Shown: piece after piece, positions 12,645 through 24,397 of the stretch
How positions within the stretch are numbered: the stretch's first letter is position 1
Layout: every line of letters starts with the position of its first letter
Source: Eledone cirrhosa
Taxonomy: Eukaryota
Assembly (NCBI GenBank): GCA_964016885.1
Contig: OZ024744.1
Span: forward strand, 9,858,001-9,922,000
DNA: 64,000 nucleotides
Direction of reading: 5' to 3'
The notes under the pieces: model-generated
Told to the model about the DNA's origin: nothing
The model's database searches: none
What the model saw: the letters and a program-made list of their open reading frames with translations, nothing else
Made by a program: the position numbers and the translations under genes

Positions 12645-14334
12645 CATCATCATCATCATCATCATCAGGTTTAGCGTCCGTGTTCCACGCTTGCATGGGT
12701 TTGGACGGGGGTTTTCCCACTTGAGGCAAGAGTGGTTGTCTTGCTTGCATAGGACTGTCTGGCGGGTTTTCTACAGTTGGATGCCCTTCCTAACACCAAC
12801 CACATTTACAGTGTGGGGCTGGGAGGTTTTTACCGTGTTGCCTACACGGCCACATTACAGCGTGAACTGTCTGGCGGGTTTTCTACAGCTGGATGCCCTT
12901 CCTAACACCAACCACATTTACAGTGTGGGGCTGGAAGGTTTTTACCGTGTTGCCTACACGGCCACATTTACAGCGTGGACTGTGTGTTTTTTGTCGTGAC
13001 ACCTACACGATCTCATTTGTTTCGGCCTGGATGTTGTGGGACCAACATAACTGTACATTGAAAGGGGCGGTGTGGATGGGGTGGAGGTGGTGGGACGGAG
13101 GGGGGGGGGTTGATAGAGATGCCTACTGACTGTAGTAGGTTTTTACTTTGTATTTAGGTAAGGCGGGTCTTCTCTATTACTGAGTACCGCCAAAGGTCTC
13201 GGTCCAGTGACATTGTCTTGGAGAGGTGTAAGCGTGTGAGGTCGGAATTTATCAGCTCGTCCCATGTTTTTCTGGGTCTGCCTACTCCGTGGCTACCGTC
13301 TATCTTTATTGCCCTGCACTTTGTTATACAGCTGTCGTCTTTCATGCGCATCACGTGACCGTACCAACGTAGCCTTCTCTCGAGTAAACAACATCTGATC
13401 CCTCTTATTTCTAATTTTTTCCTTAGTTCGTTTATGCTTTGCCGTTCACGTATATTACTATTGCACATCCAGCGGAGCATGCAAGCTTCGTTCCTCTCTA
13501 GTCTGCATATATCCTCTGCACACAATGCCCAGGTCTCACTGCCATGCAGCATTGCTGTTCGTATGCAGGCATCGTATAACCTGCCTTTCATTTTTAGGGA
13601 GAACCCTCTAGCGGCTAATAGTGGTATAAGCTCTCTGAACTTTTTCCATCCAGTTCTGACTCTAGCTACTGTACTTTCAGAGCACCCTCCCCACTGCTGA
13701 TTTTGTCACCCAGGTAACGGAAGCTGTCCACTATTTCTATAGAACCCTCTGCGCAGTTGAAGGAGCTAGTATTTTGTGGGCACTTGCTGCTACTTATTGC
13801 ACCAGAGCACCGGCCACATGTAAAATCTATGTTCTTAGTTAGCTTACCTGTGATCCCACTACATCTTTTATGCACCCATACTTTGCATTTGGGACATAAA
13901 ATGGAGTTTCTACCTATGCCTTTCCTACACACTGAGCATGGCCATTTCCCAGATGGGACTGCCGCCTTATTTTCTTTCCTACAAACTAGAACTTTAGTCT
14001 TAGCCAGGTTAATTTTAAGGCCTTTTGATTCTAGGCCGTGCTTCCATGTTTGGAATTTCTTCTCTAGTTCGGTCATTGATTCAGCTATGAGCGTTAGATC
14101 ATCTGCGTATAGGAGTTCCCATGGGCAGCCGGTCTTGAACTCCTCTGTTATAGCCTGAAGGGCAATAATAAATAGTAGGGGGCTAAGAACAGAGCCCTGA
14201 TGGACACCAACTTTTACGCTAAACTCTTCACTATATTCGTTGTTAATTCTAACCTTACTGACTGTTTCTTTATACATGGCTTGTATAGCTCTCACATGCC
14301 ATTCGTCAACACCTAGTTTTCTAAGAGACCACCA

Positions 14335-14335
<1 letters not shown>
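12645..14335 (-). mobile_element. RTE LINE subfamily A 3' half
   Basis: ORFs 13666-14442 and 13154-13591 (YADD, RRLRWYGHV), followed by the UTR and (GAT)n tail. Confidence 0.92.
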
Positions 14336-14386
<51 letters not shown>

Positions 14387-14407
14387 TTGTGCATTTGTAT
14401 ATACATT

Positions 14408-15191
14408 AACAGCAATGTTACATGGCAGTGAGATCTGGGCATTGTGTGCAGAGAATATACGCAGACTGGAGAGAAACGAAGCTTGCATGCTCCGCTGGAT
14501 GTGTAATAGTAATATATGTGAACGGCAAAGCATAAATGAACTAAGGGAGAAATTAGGAATAAGAGGGATCAGATGTTGTTTACTCGAGAGAAGACTACGT
14601 TGGTATGGTCACGTGATGCGCATGAAAGACGACAGCTGTATAAAAAAGTGCAGGGCGATAGAAATAGACGGTAGCCACGGAGTAGGTAGACCCAGAAAAA
14701 CCTGGGACGACTTGATAAATTCCGACCTTACACACTTACACCTCTCCAAGACAATGTCACTGGACCGAGATCTTTGGCGCTACGCAGTAATACAGAAGAC
14801 CCGCCTTGCCTAAGTACAAAGCGAAACCTACAGTCAGTAGGCACCTCTAACAAAATACACCCTCGTCCCACTACCCCCACCCCATCCACACCACCCCTTT
14901 TAATGTAAAGTTATGTTGGTGCCACAACATCCAGTCCGAAACAAATGAGGTCGTGTAGGTGTCACGACAAAAAAACACACAGTCCACGCTGTAATGTGGC
15001 CGTGTAGGTAACACGGTAAAAACCTCCCAGTCCACACTGTAAACATGGTTGGTGTTAGGAAGGGCATCAAGCCGTAGAAAACCCGCCAGACAGTCCTATG
15101 CGAGCAAGACAACCACTCTTGCCTCAAGTGGGAAAACTCCTGTCCAAACCCATGCAAGCGTGGAAGATGGACATTAAACGATGATGATGAT
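14408..15191 (+). mobile_element. RTE LINE subfamily A 3' fragment, inverted relative to 12645-14335
   Basis: ORF 14379-14813 ending ...QKTRLA*, then UTR and GATGATGAT tail. Confidence 0.9.
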
Positions 15192-15322
15192 TTAGTGAAA
15201 AATGGAACGGGAACAAAACAGAGGCAGTACAAACAAAGGTTTATTAGTTTCACGCTCTTGAGAGTGGGGAAAGGGGGAATGTATATATATATGTTTGTGT
15301 ATATGTGTGTGTGTTTGTGTGC

Positions 15323-15397
<75 letters not shown>

Positions 15398-15424
15398 CGT
15401 GTATGTATATATATATATATATAT

Positions 15425-15775
15425 GTCACGCAGTAATACAGAGTACCCGACCTCCCATGGGTACATGCTGAAGCATATAAACAATATGCCCCCACACCCC
15501 CCACCGCAAGGTGGTCGTGGAGGTGCCACGGCAAAAAAGCACCCAGCCCACACTGTAAAGTGGACGTGTAGGTGCCACAAAAAAGCACCCAGCACTCACT
15601 GTAAATGAGGTTGGTGTTAGGAAGGGCATCCAGCTGTAGAAATCAAGCCATATCAGTTCCTGTATGAGCAAGGCATGGTCAGCCGACCAGACACTGCACA
15701 CAACAGGACAACCCGTCTAACCCATGCTAGCATGGAAGAACGGACGTAAAACGGTGATGATGATGATGATGATGA
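15425..15775 (+). mobile_element. RTE subfamily B 3' UTR fragment
   Basis: Reverse complement of 16020-16370; ends GGACGTAAAACGGT(GAT)n. Confidence 0.8.
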
Positions 15776-16019
15776 TATGTGTGTGTGTGTATATATATAT
15801 ATAAATGTGTGTGTGTGTGCATGTATGTATATATATATATGTGCGCGTGTTTGTGTGCGTATATATATATATGTGTTTGTGTGTGCATGTATATATGTAT
15901 GTGTGTGTGTGTGTTTGTGTGTTCATGTATATATATATATGTGTGTGTTTGTGCATGCGTATATATATATACGTTTGTGTGTGCATGTATATATATATAT
16001 GTGTGCGTGCGTGTATATA

Positions 16020-17092
16020 TCATCATCATCATCACCGTTTTACGTCCGTTCTTCCACGCTTGCATGGGTTAGACGGGTTGTCCTGTTGTGGGCAGTGTCT
16101 GGTCGGCTGACCATGCCTTCCTCATACAGGAACTGATTTGGCTTGATTTCTACAGCTGGATGCCCTTCCTAACACCAACCTCATTTACAGTGAGTACTGG
16201 GTGCTTTTCCGTGGTGCCTACACGTCCACTTTACAGTGTGGGCTGGGTGCTTTTTTGCCGTGGCACCTCCACGACCACCTTGCAGTGGGAGGTGTGGGGG
16301 CATATTGTCTATATGCTTCAGCTTGTACCCATGGGAGGTTGGCTACTCTGTATTACTGCGTGACGCCAGAGGTCACGGTCATCGCCTTTGAGAGGTGTAA
16401 TTGGGTAAGGTCTGCTTTTATCACCTCATCCCAGGTCATCTTGGGTCTCCCCACTCCGTGGTTTCCATCAACTTCTAGTGCTCTGTACCTTTTTATGCAG
16501 CTGTCATCCTTCATACGCATCACATGTCCATACCAACGCAACCGCCTCTCCTGCACACAGCATTTGATTCCTCTTATGCTCAGTCTCTCTCTCAATTCAT
16601 TTATGCTTTGTCATTCACGTATATTACTGTTACACATCCATCGGAGCATGCAGGCTTCGTTTCTCTCTAATCTACATAAGTCTTCCACCTTCAGTGCCCA
16701 GGTCTCACTATCATGTAACATTGCTGTTCGGATACACGCATCATACAGTCTGCCTTTCATTTTGAGGGAGAAGCCTTTTGCAGCTAGCAGTGGCAGTAGT
16801 TCCCTGAACTTCTTCCATCCCGTTCTCACCCTAGTTATTGTAATTTCTGAACACCCACCTCCGCTGCTAATTCGATCACCTAGGTAGCAGAAGCCCTCCC
16901 AGAGATTGGTGGTACTAGTTTCCTGTGGCTGTTTGCTGCTTGCTGTCCCAGTACAGCTGCTGCATGTGAAGCCTACACTCTTAATTAAGCTTCCTGAGAT
17001 CCCGCTACATCTCTTGTGTACCCATTGTTTGTAATTGGGACAGAGAATGGAGTTCCTACCTACACTTTTCCTACATCCTGTGCAAGGCCAAT
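16020..17092 (-). mobile_element. RTE LINE subfamily B 3' fragment
   Basis: RTGWKKFRELLPLL and ERLSIRGIKCCVQERRLRWYGHV motifs, UTR and tail. Confidence 0.88.
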
Positions 17093-17116
17093 GGAAAAAG
17101 ATGAGTATTGACGTAC

Positions 17117-17261
17117 ATGTACGTCAATACTCATCTTTTTCCATTTATCTGAGGGTTCTAAACCCCGTTATCAAGCTAAAATTCCTTTAGTCAAAAATAC
17201 GGTGAAAGCTATATATTTTCTAATTTTAAACTGGCTCACTGTTTCAAAACATACTTACTTA
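17117..17261 (+). mobile_element. Short dispersed repeat ending at (TA)n, probably a 5'-truncated tRNA-SINE; other copies at 12258-12338, 21769-21821 and 24740-24898
   Basis: Shared ...GAGGGTTCTAAACCCC...GGTGAAAGCT...GTTTCAAAACATACTTAC. The 24740 copy starts with a B-box-like GTGGGTTTGACTCCCA. Confidence 0.6.
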
Positions 17262-17274
17262 TATATATATATAT

Positions 17275-17618
17275 GGAGGCACATGGCTTAGTGGTTAGAG
17301 CATTGGCCTTGCAATCGAAAGGTTGTGAGTTCAATTCTCAGACCGGGTGATGTGTTGTTTCCTTGAGCAAGACACTTTATTTCACATTGCTCCAGTTTAC
17401 TCAGCTGTAGAAATGAGATGATAGGGACTGGAGTCCCTATCATTCCACTGTAAAGTGGTCGTGGAGGTGCCACGGCAAAAAATCACCCAGCACTCACTGT
17501 AAATGAGGTTGGTGTTAGGAAGGGCATCCAGCTGTAGAAATCAAGCCAGAATCAGTTCCCGTCCCACCCTTGCAAGCAGGGAAAAGCGGACGTAAAATAA
17601 TGATGGTGATGATGATGA
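17275..17618 (+). mobile_element. Full-length tRNA-derived CORE-SINE with an RTE-derived 3' tail
   Basis: A box TGGCTTAGTGG, B box GAGTTCAATTC, CORE-like CCTTGAGCAAGACACTT...CAGCTGTAGAAATG. Tail CCCACCCTTGCAAGCAGGGAAAAGCGGACGTAAAA(TGA)n is identical to the RTE subfamily C end. Confidence 0.9.
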
Positions 17619-17651
17619 TATACACATATATATATATATAAATACATATAC

Positions 17652-17689
<38 letters not shown>

Positions 17690-17712
17690 TCATCATCATT
17701 TCATTTTACGCC

Positions 17713-18371
17713 TTAACACTGTACGGCATAAAATTCAGGCTGTTCAGTTTGTTTACAAACGAACAAAGCGGCGTTATAATAAGCGTCCGCTAAACTGATA
17801 CGTGCATATATGTATGTGTACCTGTATGTATATATATATATATATATATATATGCATGCTACTGTACGTCTGTATACATATATGTATGTACGTATACACA
17901 CATACTTACATTTAAGTAAGTGCCGTACTAAGAGTGAGAAATGAAATTTCGTTTTCAATTTATTTCAACTTATCGTTTTCGGTATGCCTGACCGACTTGA
18001 CTCACTCGATATGCAAATTAGGCTGCTCAGCCGTTAATTTTCATAAGGAAAGTATATACTTTCGAACGTTCAACTATCTGGCAGAAGGGTATACGGTGCT
18101 GATGATAGCTAACAAGCTTGAAACTAGTACATCGTTCCTGTGTCAGTGTTGAACAAAAAGGTGACGTGGTTGCCTTAACACTGTATGGCATAAAATTCAG
18201 GCTGTTCAGTTTGTTTACAAACGAACAAAGCGGCGTTATAATAAGCGTCCGCTAAACTGATACGTGCATATATGTATGTGTACCTGTATGTATATATATA
18301 TATATATATATATATGCATGCTACTGTACGTCTGTATACATATATGTATGTACGTATACACACATACTTAC

Positions 18372-18450
<79 letters not shown>

Positions 18451-18855
18451 CATATATATATATATACATATATGCAAATTGGGCTACTCAGCTGTTAATA
18501 TGCATAAGGTAAGTATATACGTTCAACAATCTGGCAGGAAGGTATACGTTGCTGACGATAGCTAATAAGCTTGAAACTAGTACAGTGTTCCTTTGTCAGT
18601 GTTGAACAAACGAGCAACGATGGTTGCTGGACACTACGGCTTAATACGGGATGTTTGTTTACAAACACACCGAGCATTGTAATAAATGTTCTGTGAATCC
18701 ATACGTACATATATATATATGTGTGCCTGTATGTATATATATATACATACTACTGTACGTCTGTATACATATATGTATGTACGTGTACATACTTATATTT
18801 AAGTAACAGCCGTACTAAGAGTGGGAAATGAAATTTCGTTTCATTTTTTCCGTTC
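17713..18855. repeat. Unclassified composite repeat with a 462-bp-offset tandem duplication; related inverted copy at about 53598-53790
   Basis: TTAACACTGT...CGTGCATATA occurs at 17713 and 18175. CCGTACTAAGAGTG(A/G)GAAATGAAATTTCGTTT occurs at about 17923 and 18810, and reverse-complemented at about 53610. Confidence 0.7.
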
Positions 18856-18873
18856 ATATATATATATATATAT

Positions 18874-18996
18874 ATAGGATCCAGTAAGACACCGACAGCT
18901 GAGCTCAAGCCGTTTCGACGGCTAATTCTGGACTCAGTCCAGAATTAGCCGTCGAAACGGCTTGAGCTCAGCTGTCGGGGTCTTACTGGTTCCTAT
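18874..18996. repeat. 123-bp near-perfect palindrome containing the 3' half of a hammerhead ribozyme
   Basis: 61-bp arms around a single C at 18935, with 2 mismatches. The right arm reads GAAA CGGCU UGAGCUC AGCUGU C GGGGUC. Confidence 0.85.
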
Positions 18997-19089
18997 TACC
19001 CACTCTACTACCTCAAGTATTGAGTACTTTGGTGCGTTATGGTCCACCTGGTTCCTTACCACATTTCCTTCGTTATATATATATATATA

Positions 19090-21758
19090 TTACCTCCCAA
19101 ATAACCGACAGTGACTATATAATTATTGCAGGCGACCTAAACGGTCACGTTGGACAACATTGTGACGGCTACGACGAAATCCATGGAGGCTATGGGTTTG
19201 GTACTAGAAATGAGGAAGGCTCCAGAATCCTGGAATTCTGCGACACAAATAACCTAACTATCTGCAACACTAACTTCAAAAAACGAGACAATCACTTGAT
19301 CACCTACAGATCAGGGGAACATACTAGCCAGGTAGATTATATCCTTACCAGAAGACGTGACAAAGTGACTGTCGTAAACACTAAATCCCTCCCCCATGAA
19401 GAATGCACTTCCCAACATAGACTGATAATTAGCGACCTAATAGTCAGGACGAGACGTACTAGACAACAGAAGAGGACTATCCTCAGGAGAAAAATATGGA
19501 AGCTAAAGGACCCCAAAGCCAAAAATAAATTCCAAAGCATATTACTTGATGCTTTCGACAGTGAGGAAGAGCAATTAGAGACGTACAAGGTAGAGGAACA
19601 GTGGGAATTCCTGAAAGCAAACCTGCTGACGGCGGCAGACGAAGTCTGTGGCTGGAGCAGGCCTGTAGGCAGGAGGAGAGTAACATGGTGGTGGAACAGT
19701 AAGGTGGAGGGGTCAATTAAGGCCAAAAAGCAGGCTTGGAAAGTATGGCGGGATGGGGGAAGCAGAGAAGACTATCAAGTGGCCAGGAGGGAAGCTAGGA
19801 GACAAGTGTACTTCGCAAGAAGGGAAGCAGAGGAAAGAAAGTTCAAGCATGTTCTACAACGCGATGACCAAAAACGTGAGGTGTTCAGGATTGCTAGGCA
19901 ATGTGTCAAGGAAAACAGTGATATTGTCGGGGAGAAGTGTGTACTTAACGATGACGGCATACTTGCCATCACCGACGCCGATAAGAAGGTAGCTTGGAAG
20001 TGTCACTATGAAAGGCTACTAAATGAGGAGAATAAATGGGAGAAAGACAGTCTCCCCCACATCGACCCAATAGAGGGACCAGCAGTGTTAGTCGAGGGTA
20101 GTATAATAAGTAAGGCAATCAAAGATATGAAGACAGGCAAGGCGGCTGGGCCTTCGGAAATAGTTGCCGAGATGCTGAAGGCATCTGGTACGGTGGGACA
20201 CACCATGGTCACCCGGATAGTCAACCAAGTCATACAGAATGGGGTTGTTCCGAAGGACTGGCGCAGCAGCATTACCGTTAACTGTTATAAGGGTAAAGGA
20301 GATGCCCTAGATAGGAGTAACTATAGAGGCATTAAATTAATCGCCCAGGTCATGAAGGTCACGGAAAAAGTTATAGCGCAACTAATCAGAGAGCGAATTG
20401 ATCTAGATGAAATGCAGTTCGGGTTTGTGTCAGGAAAAAGTACCACAGACACTCTTTTCATTGTACGACAACTACAGGAGAAGTACCTAGCTAAAAGTAA
20501 ACCCCTATACTTAGCTTTCGTCGACTTGGAGAAGGCCTTCGACAGAGTCCCCCGTTCCATTATCTGGTGGGCTCTTAGAAAACTAGGTGTTGATGAATGG
20601 CTTGTGAGAGCTATACAAGCCATGTATAAAGAAACAGTTAGCAAGGTTAGAATTAACAACGAATATAGTGAAGAGTTTAGTGTAAAAGTTGGTGTTCATC
20701 AGGGCTCTGTTCTTAGCCCCCTACTATTTATTATTGCCCTCCAGGCTATAACAGTGGAGTTCAAGACCGGCTGCCCATGGGAACTCCTATACGCAGATGA
20801 TCTAACGCTCATAGCTGAATCAATGGCCGAGCTAGAGAAGAAATTCCAAACATGGAAGCACGGCCTAGAATCAAAAGGCCTTAAAATTAACCTAGCTAAG
20901 ACTAAAGTTCTAGTTTGTAAGAAAGAAAATAAGGCGGCGGTCCCCTCCGGGAAGTGGCCATGCGCAGAGTGTAGGAAAGGCGTAGGTAGAAATTCCATTT
21001 TGTGTCCCAAATGCAAAGTTTGGGTGCATAAAAGATGTAGTGGGATCACAGGTAAGCTAACTAAGAACATAGATTTTACATGTGACCGGTGTTCTGGGGA
21101 TATAAGTAGCAGCAAGTGCTCACAAAATACTAGCTCTTTCAACTGCGCAGAGGGTTCTATAGAAATAGTGGACTGCTTCCGTTACCTGGGTGACAAAATC
21201 AGCAGTGGGGGAGGGTGCTCTGAAAGTACAGTAGCTAGAGTCAGAACTGGGTGGAAAAAGTTCAGAGAGCTTATACCACTATTAGCCGCTAAAGGGTTCT
21301 CCCTAAAAATGAAAGGCAGGCTGTACGATGCCTGCATACGAACAGCAATGTTGCATGGCAGTGAGACCTGGGCATTGTGTGCAGAGGATATACGCAGACT
21401 AGAGAGAAACGAAGCTTGCATGCTCCGCTGGATGTGTAATAGTAATATACGTGAACGACAAAGCATAAACGAACTAAGGAAAAAATTAGAAATAAGAGGG
21501 ATCAGATGTTGTTTACTAGAGAGAAGGCTACGTTGGTATGGTCACGTGATGCGCATGAAGGATGATAGCTGTATAACAAAGTGCAGGGCAATAAAGATAG
21601 ACGGTAGCCACGGAATAGGCAGACCCAGAAAAACCTGGGACGAGCTGATAAACTCCGACCTCACACACTTACACCTCTCCAAGACAATGTCACTGGACCG
21701 AGACCTTTGGCGGTACTCAGTAATAGAGAAGACCCGCCTTGCCAGTAGGCATCTCTAA
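19090..21758 (+). CDS. RTE LINE subfamily A ORF (C-terminal part of APE endonuclease, RT, PHD-like finger); open frame, 5'-truncated at (TA)n
   Basis: About 889 uninterrupted codons with GDLNGHVG, QVDYIL, QFGF, DLEKAFD, QGSVLSP, YADD, FRYLG and RRLRWYGHV. The first ~23 aa of the 912-aa track ORF come from flanking DNA. Confidence 0.93.
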
Positions 21759-21835
21759 CAAAATACAGGCTATATATTTTCTAATTTTAAACTGGCTCAC
21801 TGTTTCAAAACATACTTACTTATATATATATATAT

Positions 21836-22167
21836 GGAGGCACATGGCTTAGTGGTTAGAGCATTGGCCTTGCAATCGAAAGGTTGTGAGTTCAATTCTC
21901 AGACCGGGTGATGTGTTGTTTCCTTGAGCAAGACACTTTATTTCACATTGCTCCAGTTTACTCAGCTGTAGAAATGAGATGATAGGGACTGGGGTCCATA
22001 TCATTCCACTGCAAAGTGGTCGTGGACGTGCCACGGCAAAAAAGCACCCAGCACTCACTGTAAATGAGGTTGGTGTTAGGAAGGGCATCCAGCTGTAGAA
22101 GTCAAGCCAGAATCAGTTCCCGTCCCACCCTTGCAAGCAGGGAAAAGCGGACATAAAATGATGATGA
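21836..22167 (+). mobile_element. CORE-SINE copy
   Basis: Nearly identical to 17275-17618, including about 65 bp of upstream flank. Confidence 0.9.
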
Positions 22168-22377
22168 TATATATATATATATATATAAGGAGATTATTGA
22201 AGTTTGCTTGAAGCATTGTGGAATAATAACATTTTTTTTTTTTTTGGTCGTTTTGGAAGCCTCAACAATGCAGATGAGTAAATCTCCAGGTAACAAAATC
22301 CGGTGGTGAAGAGAGAGATGTAAGAGGAAATGTAGAATGAGATGTATAGTGTGTAGAGGAACGTAGGAAAGAGCATA

Positions 22378-22578
22378 AATAATAAAAATAATTGTTTCTA
22401 CTTTTGGCACAAGGCCAGGAATTATCCCAATGTATTACTGGTACTTTATTTTATCGACCCTGTAAGGATGAAAGGCAAAGTCAACCTCGGCAGGATTTGA
22501 ACTCAGATCGTAAAGGGACGTAACTATGCTAGAAAGCATGGCGTCCAACCCTGTACCGATACTGCCAATCCACCACCT
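22378..22578 (-). mobile_element. Second tRNA-SINE family with a Meta-domain-like body
   Basis: Reverse complement: GGTGGTGGATTGGCAG...GAGTTCAAATCC...GACTTTGCCTTTCATCCTTACAGGGTCGATAAAATAAAGTACCAG...GGCCTTGTGCCAAAAGTAGAAACAATTATT. Confidence 0.75.
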
Positions 22579-22599
22579 TAAAAAATAAAAATAACACGA

Positions 22600-23141
22600 G
22601 ATAGAGTTGGAATGGGCAGACCTAGAAGGACCTGGGACGAGCTGATGAGCTCCGACATCACACACTTGCACCTCTCCAAGACAATGTCACTGGACCGAGA
22701 CCTTTGGCGGTACTCAGTAACAGAGAAGACCCGCCTTACCTAAATATATAGTAAAACCTACTCCAACCAGTACGCATCTCTAACAAAATACACCCCGTCC
22801 CACCCCCACCACCCCCACCCCATCCACACCACCCCGTTCTATGTAAAGTTATGTTGGTGCCGCGCCATCCAGGCCGAAACAAATGAGATCGTGTAGGTGT
22901 CACGACAAAAAAACACACAGTCCACGCTGTAATGTGGCCGTGTAGGCAACACGGTAAAAACCTCCCAGACCCACACTGTAAATGTGGTTGGTGTTAGGAA
23001 GGGCATCCAACTGTAGAAAACCTGCCAGACAGTCCTATGCGAGCAAGACAATCACTCTTGCCTCAAGTGGGACTACCCCCGTCCAAACCCATGCAAGCGT
23101 GGAACACGGACGTTAAACGTTGATGATGATGATGATGATGA
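22600..23141 (+). mobile_element. RTE subfamily A 3' fragment
   Basis: GRPRRTWDELMSSD...EKTRLT*, UTR and (GAT)n tail. Confidence 0.85.
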
Positions 23142-23142
23142 G

Positions 23143-23614
23143 AGTTACCTTTGGAGAGATTTAATTGTCCCTATATTTCGGATTTCGCATCCATCAACTG
23201 GGAGGGTTTTTTGGGGGGTGGGGGGAGTTATCTGTCGGAGAGGAACAGTACGTGGCCTCTGTTGTCCGCGGTTTGTGTGTAACTGAGATATTCTGTAGAG
23301 CACACGTGCGCGTGGAATAGGTGCGGTCAAGCAAAGGTCGAAGCAGCTCCTTTTTATTGTAGGAGTGGGATGGCGCTAGCTGTCAATCCATTGTACTGCT
23401 TATATTCAGTCTTTGGTACTATCAGTGTAGTAGTCTGTCTGGTCGCTTGTTGGTCGGTGGAAGGTGGGGGCGCTAAACACAAACAATCGTTTCAATGCCA
23501 CTGTGTGTGTGTTGTTGTCTCGTTTGTTTACACCAGCCACCTCGTCTTACTTCTCTCGGATCGGTTATTTATTTGTGGTCCTTGGCGTTTGATCCAAAGT
23601 GCTTCCTTGATATA
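23143..23614 (-). mobile_element. Penelope-like 3' remnant (family 3): GIY-YIG C-terminus plus UTR with a degenerate hammerhead at 23168-23204
   Basis: Minus frame 23614-23528 encodes YIKEALWIKRQGPQINNRSERSKTRWLV*. Downstream: CUCC CAGUUGA U GGAU-GCGAA-AUCC GAAA UAUA GGGA. Confidence 0.6.
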
Positions 23615-23656
23615 TATATATATGTGTGTGTCTATATATATATACATATATATATA

Positions 23657-24040
23657 TCATCATCATCATCATCATCATCATTTTACGTCCGCCTTTTCCC
23701 TGCTTGCAAGGGTTGGACGGGAAATGATTCTGCCTTGATTTCAACAGCTGGATGCCCTTCCTAACACCAACCTCATTTACAGTGAGTGCTGGGTGCTTTT
23801 TTGCCGTGGCACCTCCACGACCACTTTGCAGTGGAATGATATGGACCCCAGTCCCTATCATCTCATTTCTACAGCTGAGTAAACTGGAGCAATGTGAAAT
23901 AAAGTGTCTTGCTCAAGGAAACAACACATCACCCGGTCTGAGAATTGAACTCACAACCTTTCGATTGCAAGGCCAATGCTCTAACCACTAAGCCACATGC
24001 CACATGCCTCCATATGCTCTAACCACTAAGCCATGTGCCT
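23657..24040 (-). mobile_element. CORE-SINE with a duplicated 5' end
   Basis: Reverse complement of the 17275 copy; the A-box segment is repeated at about 23976-24040. Confidence 0.88.
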
Positions 24041-24397
24041 ACATATATATATATTTATATATATATTTATATATATATAGACGCACACACATACATATAT
24101 ACATGTAAATATGCCTCCTTAATTATTGTTATATAACTCTTAATAAACTCTTATGATCTGCTAATACTTCTGGATTGCCATAGAAATTGTATGTATGGCT
24201 ACATACTGTACACTTATGCAGATATTAATCATATCAAGTACTGAACAAGTACTGAACACTTGAGGGCATATAATGGCAATATTTTGCTTTTACTTCATCT
24301 TGCTTGTAATTCATGGAAATCCATGAGTTGATTTGTTATACATGGCAGTATATCATCATCATCATTTTACGTCCACTTTCTTGGTGACATTATAGTT

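Noticed and set aside
17275-17347. tRNA gene
   Set aside because: A and B boxes are present but continue into a CORE domain and LINE tail, so this is a SINE head.
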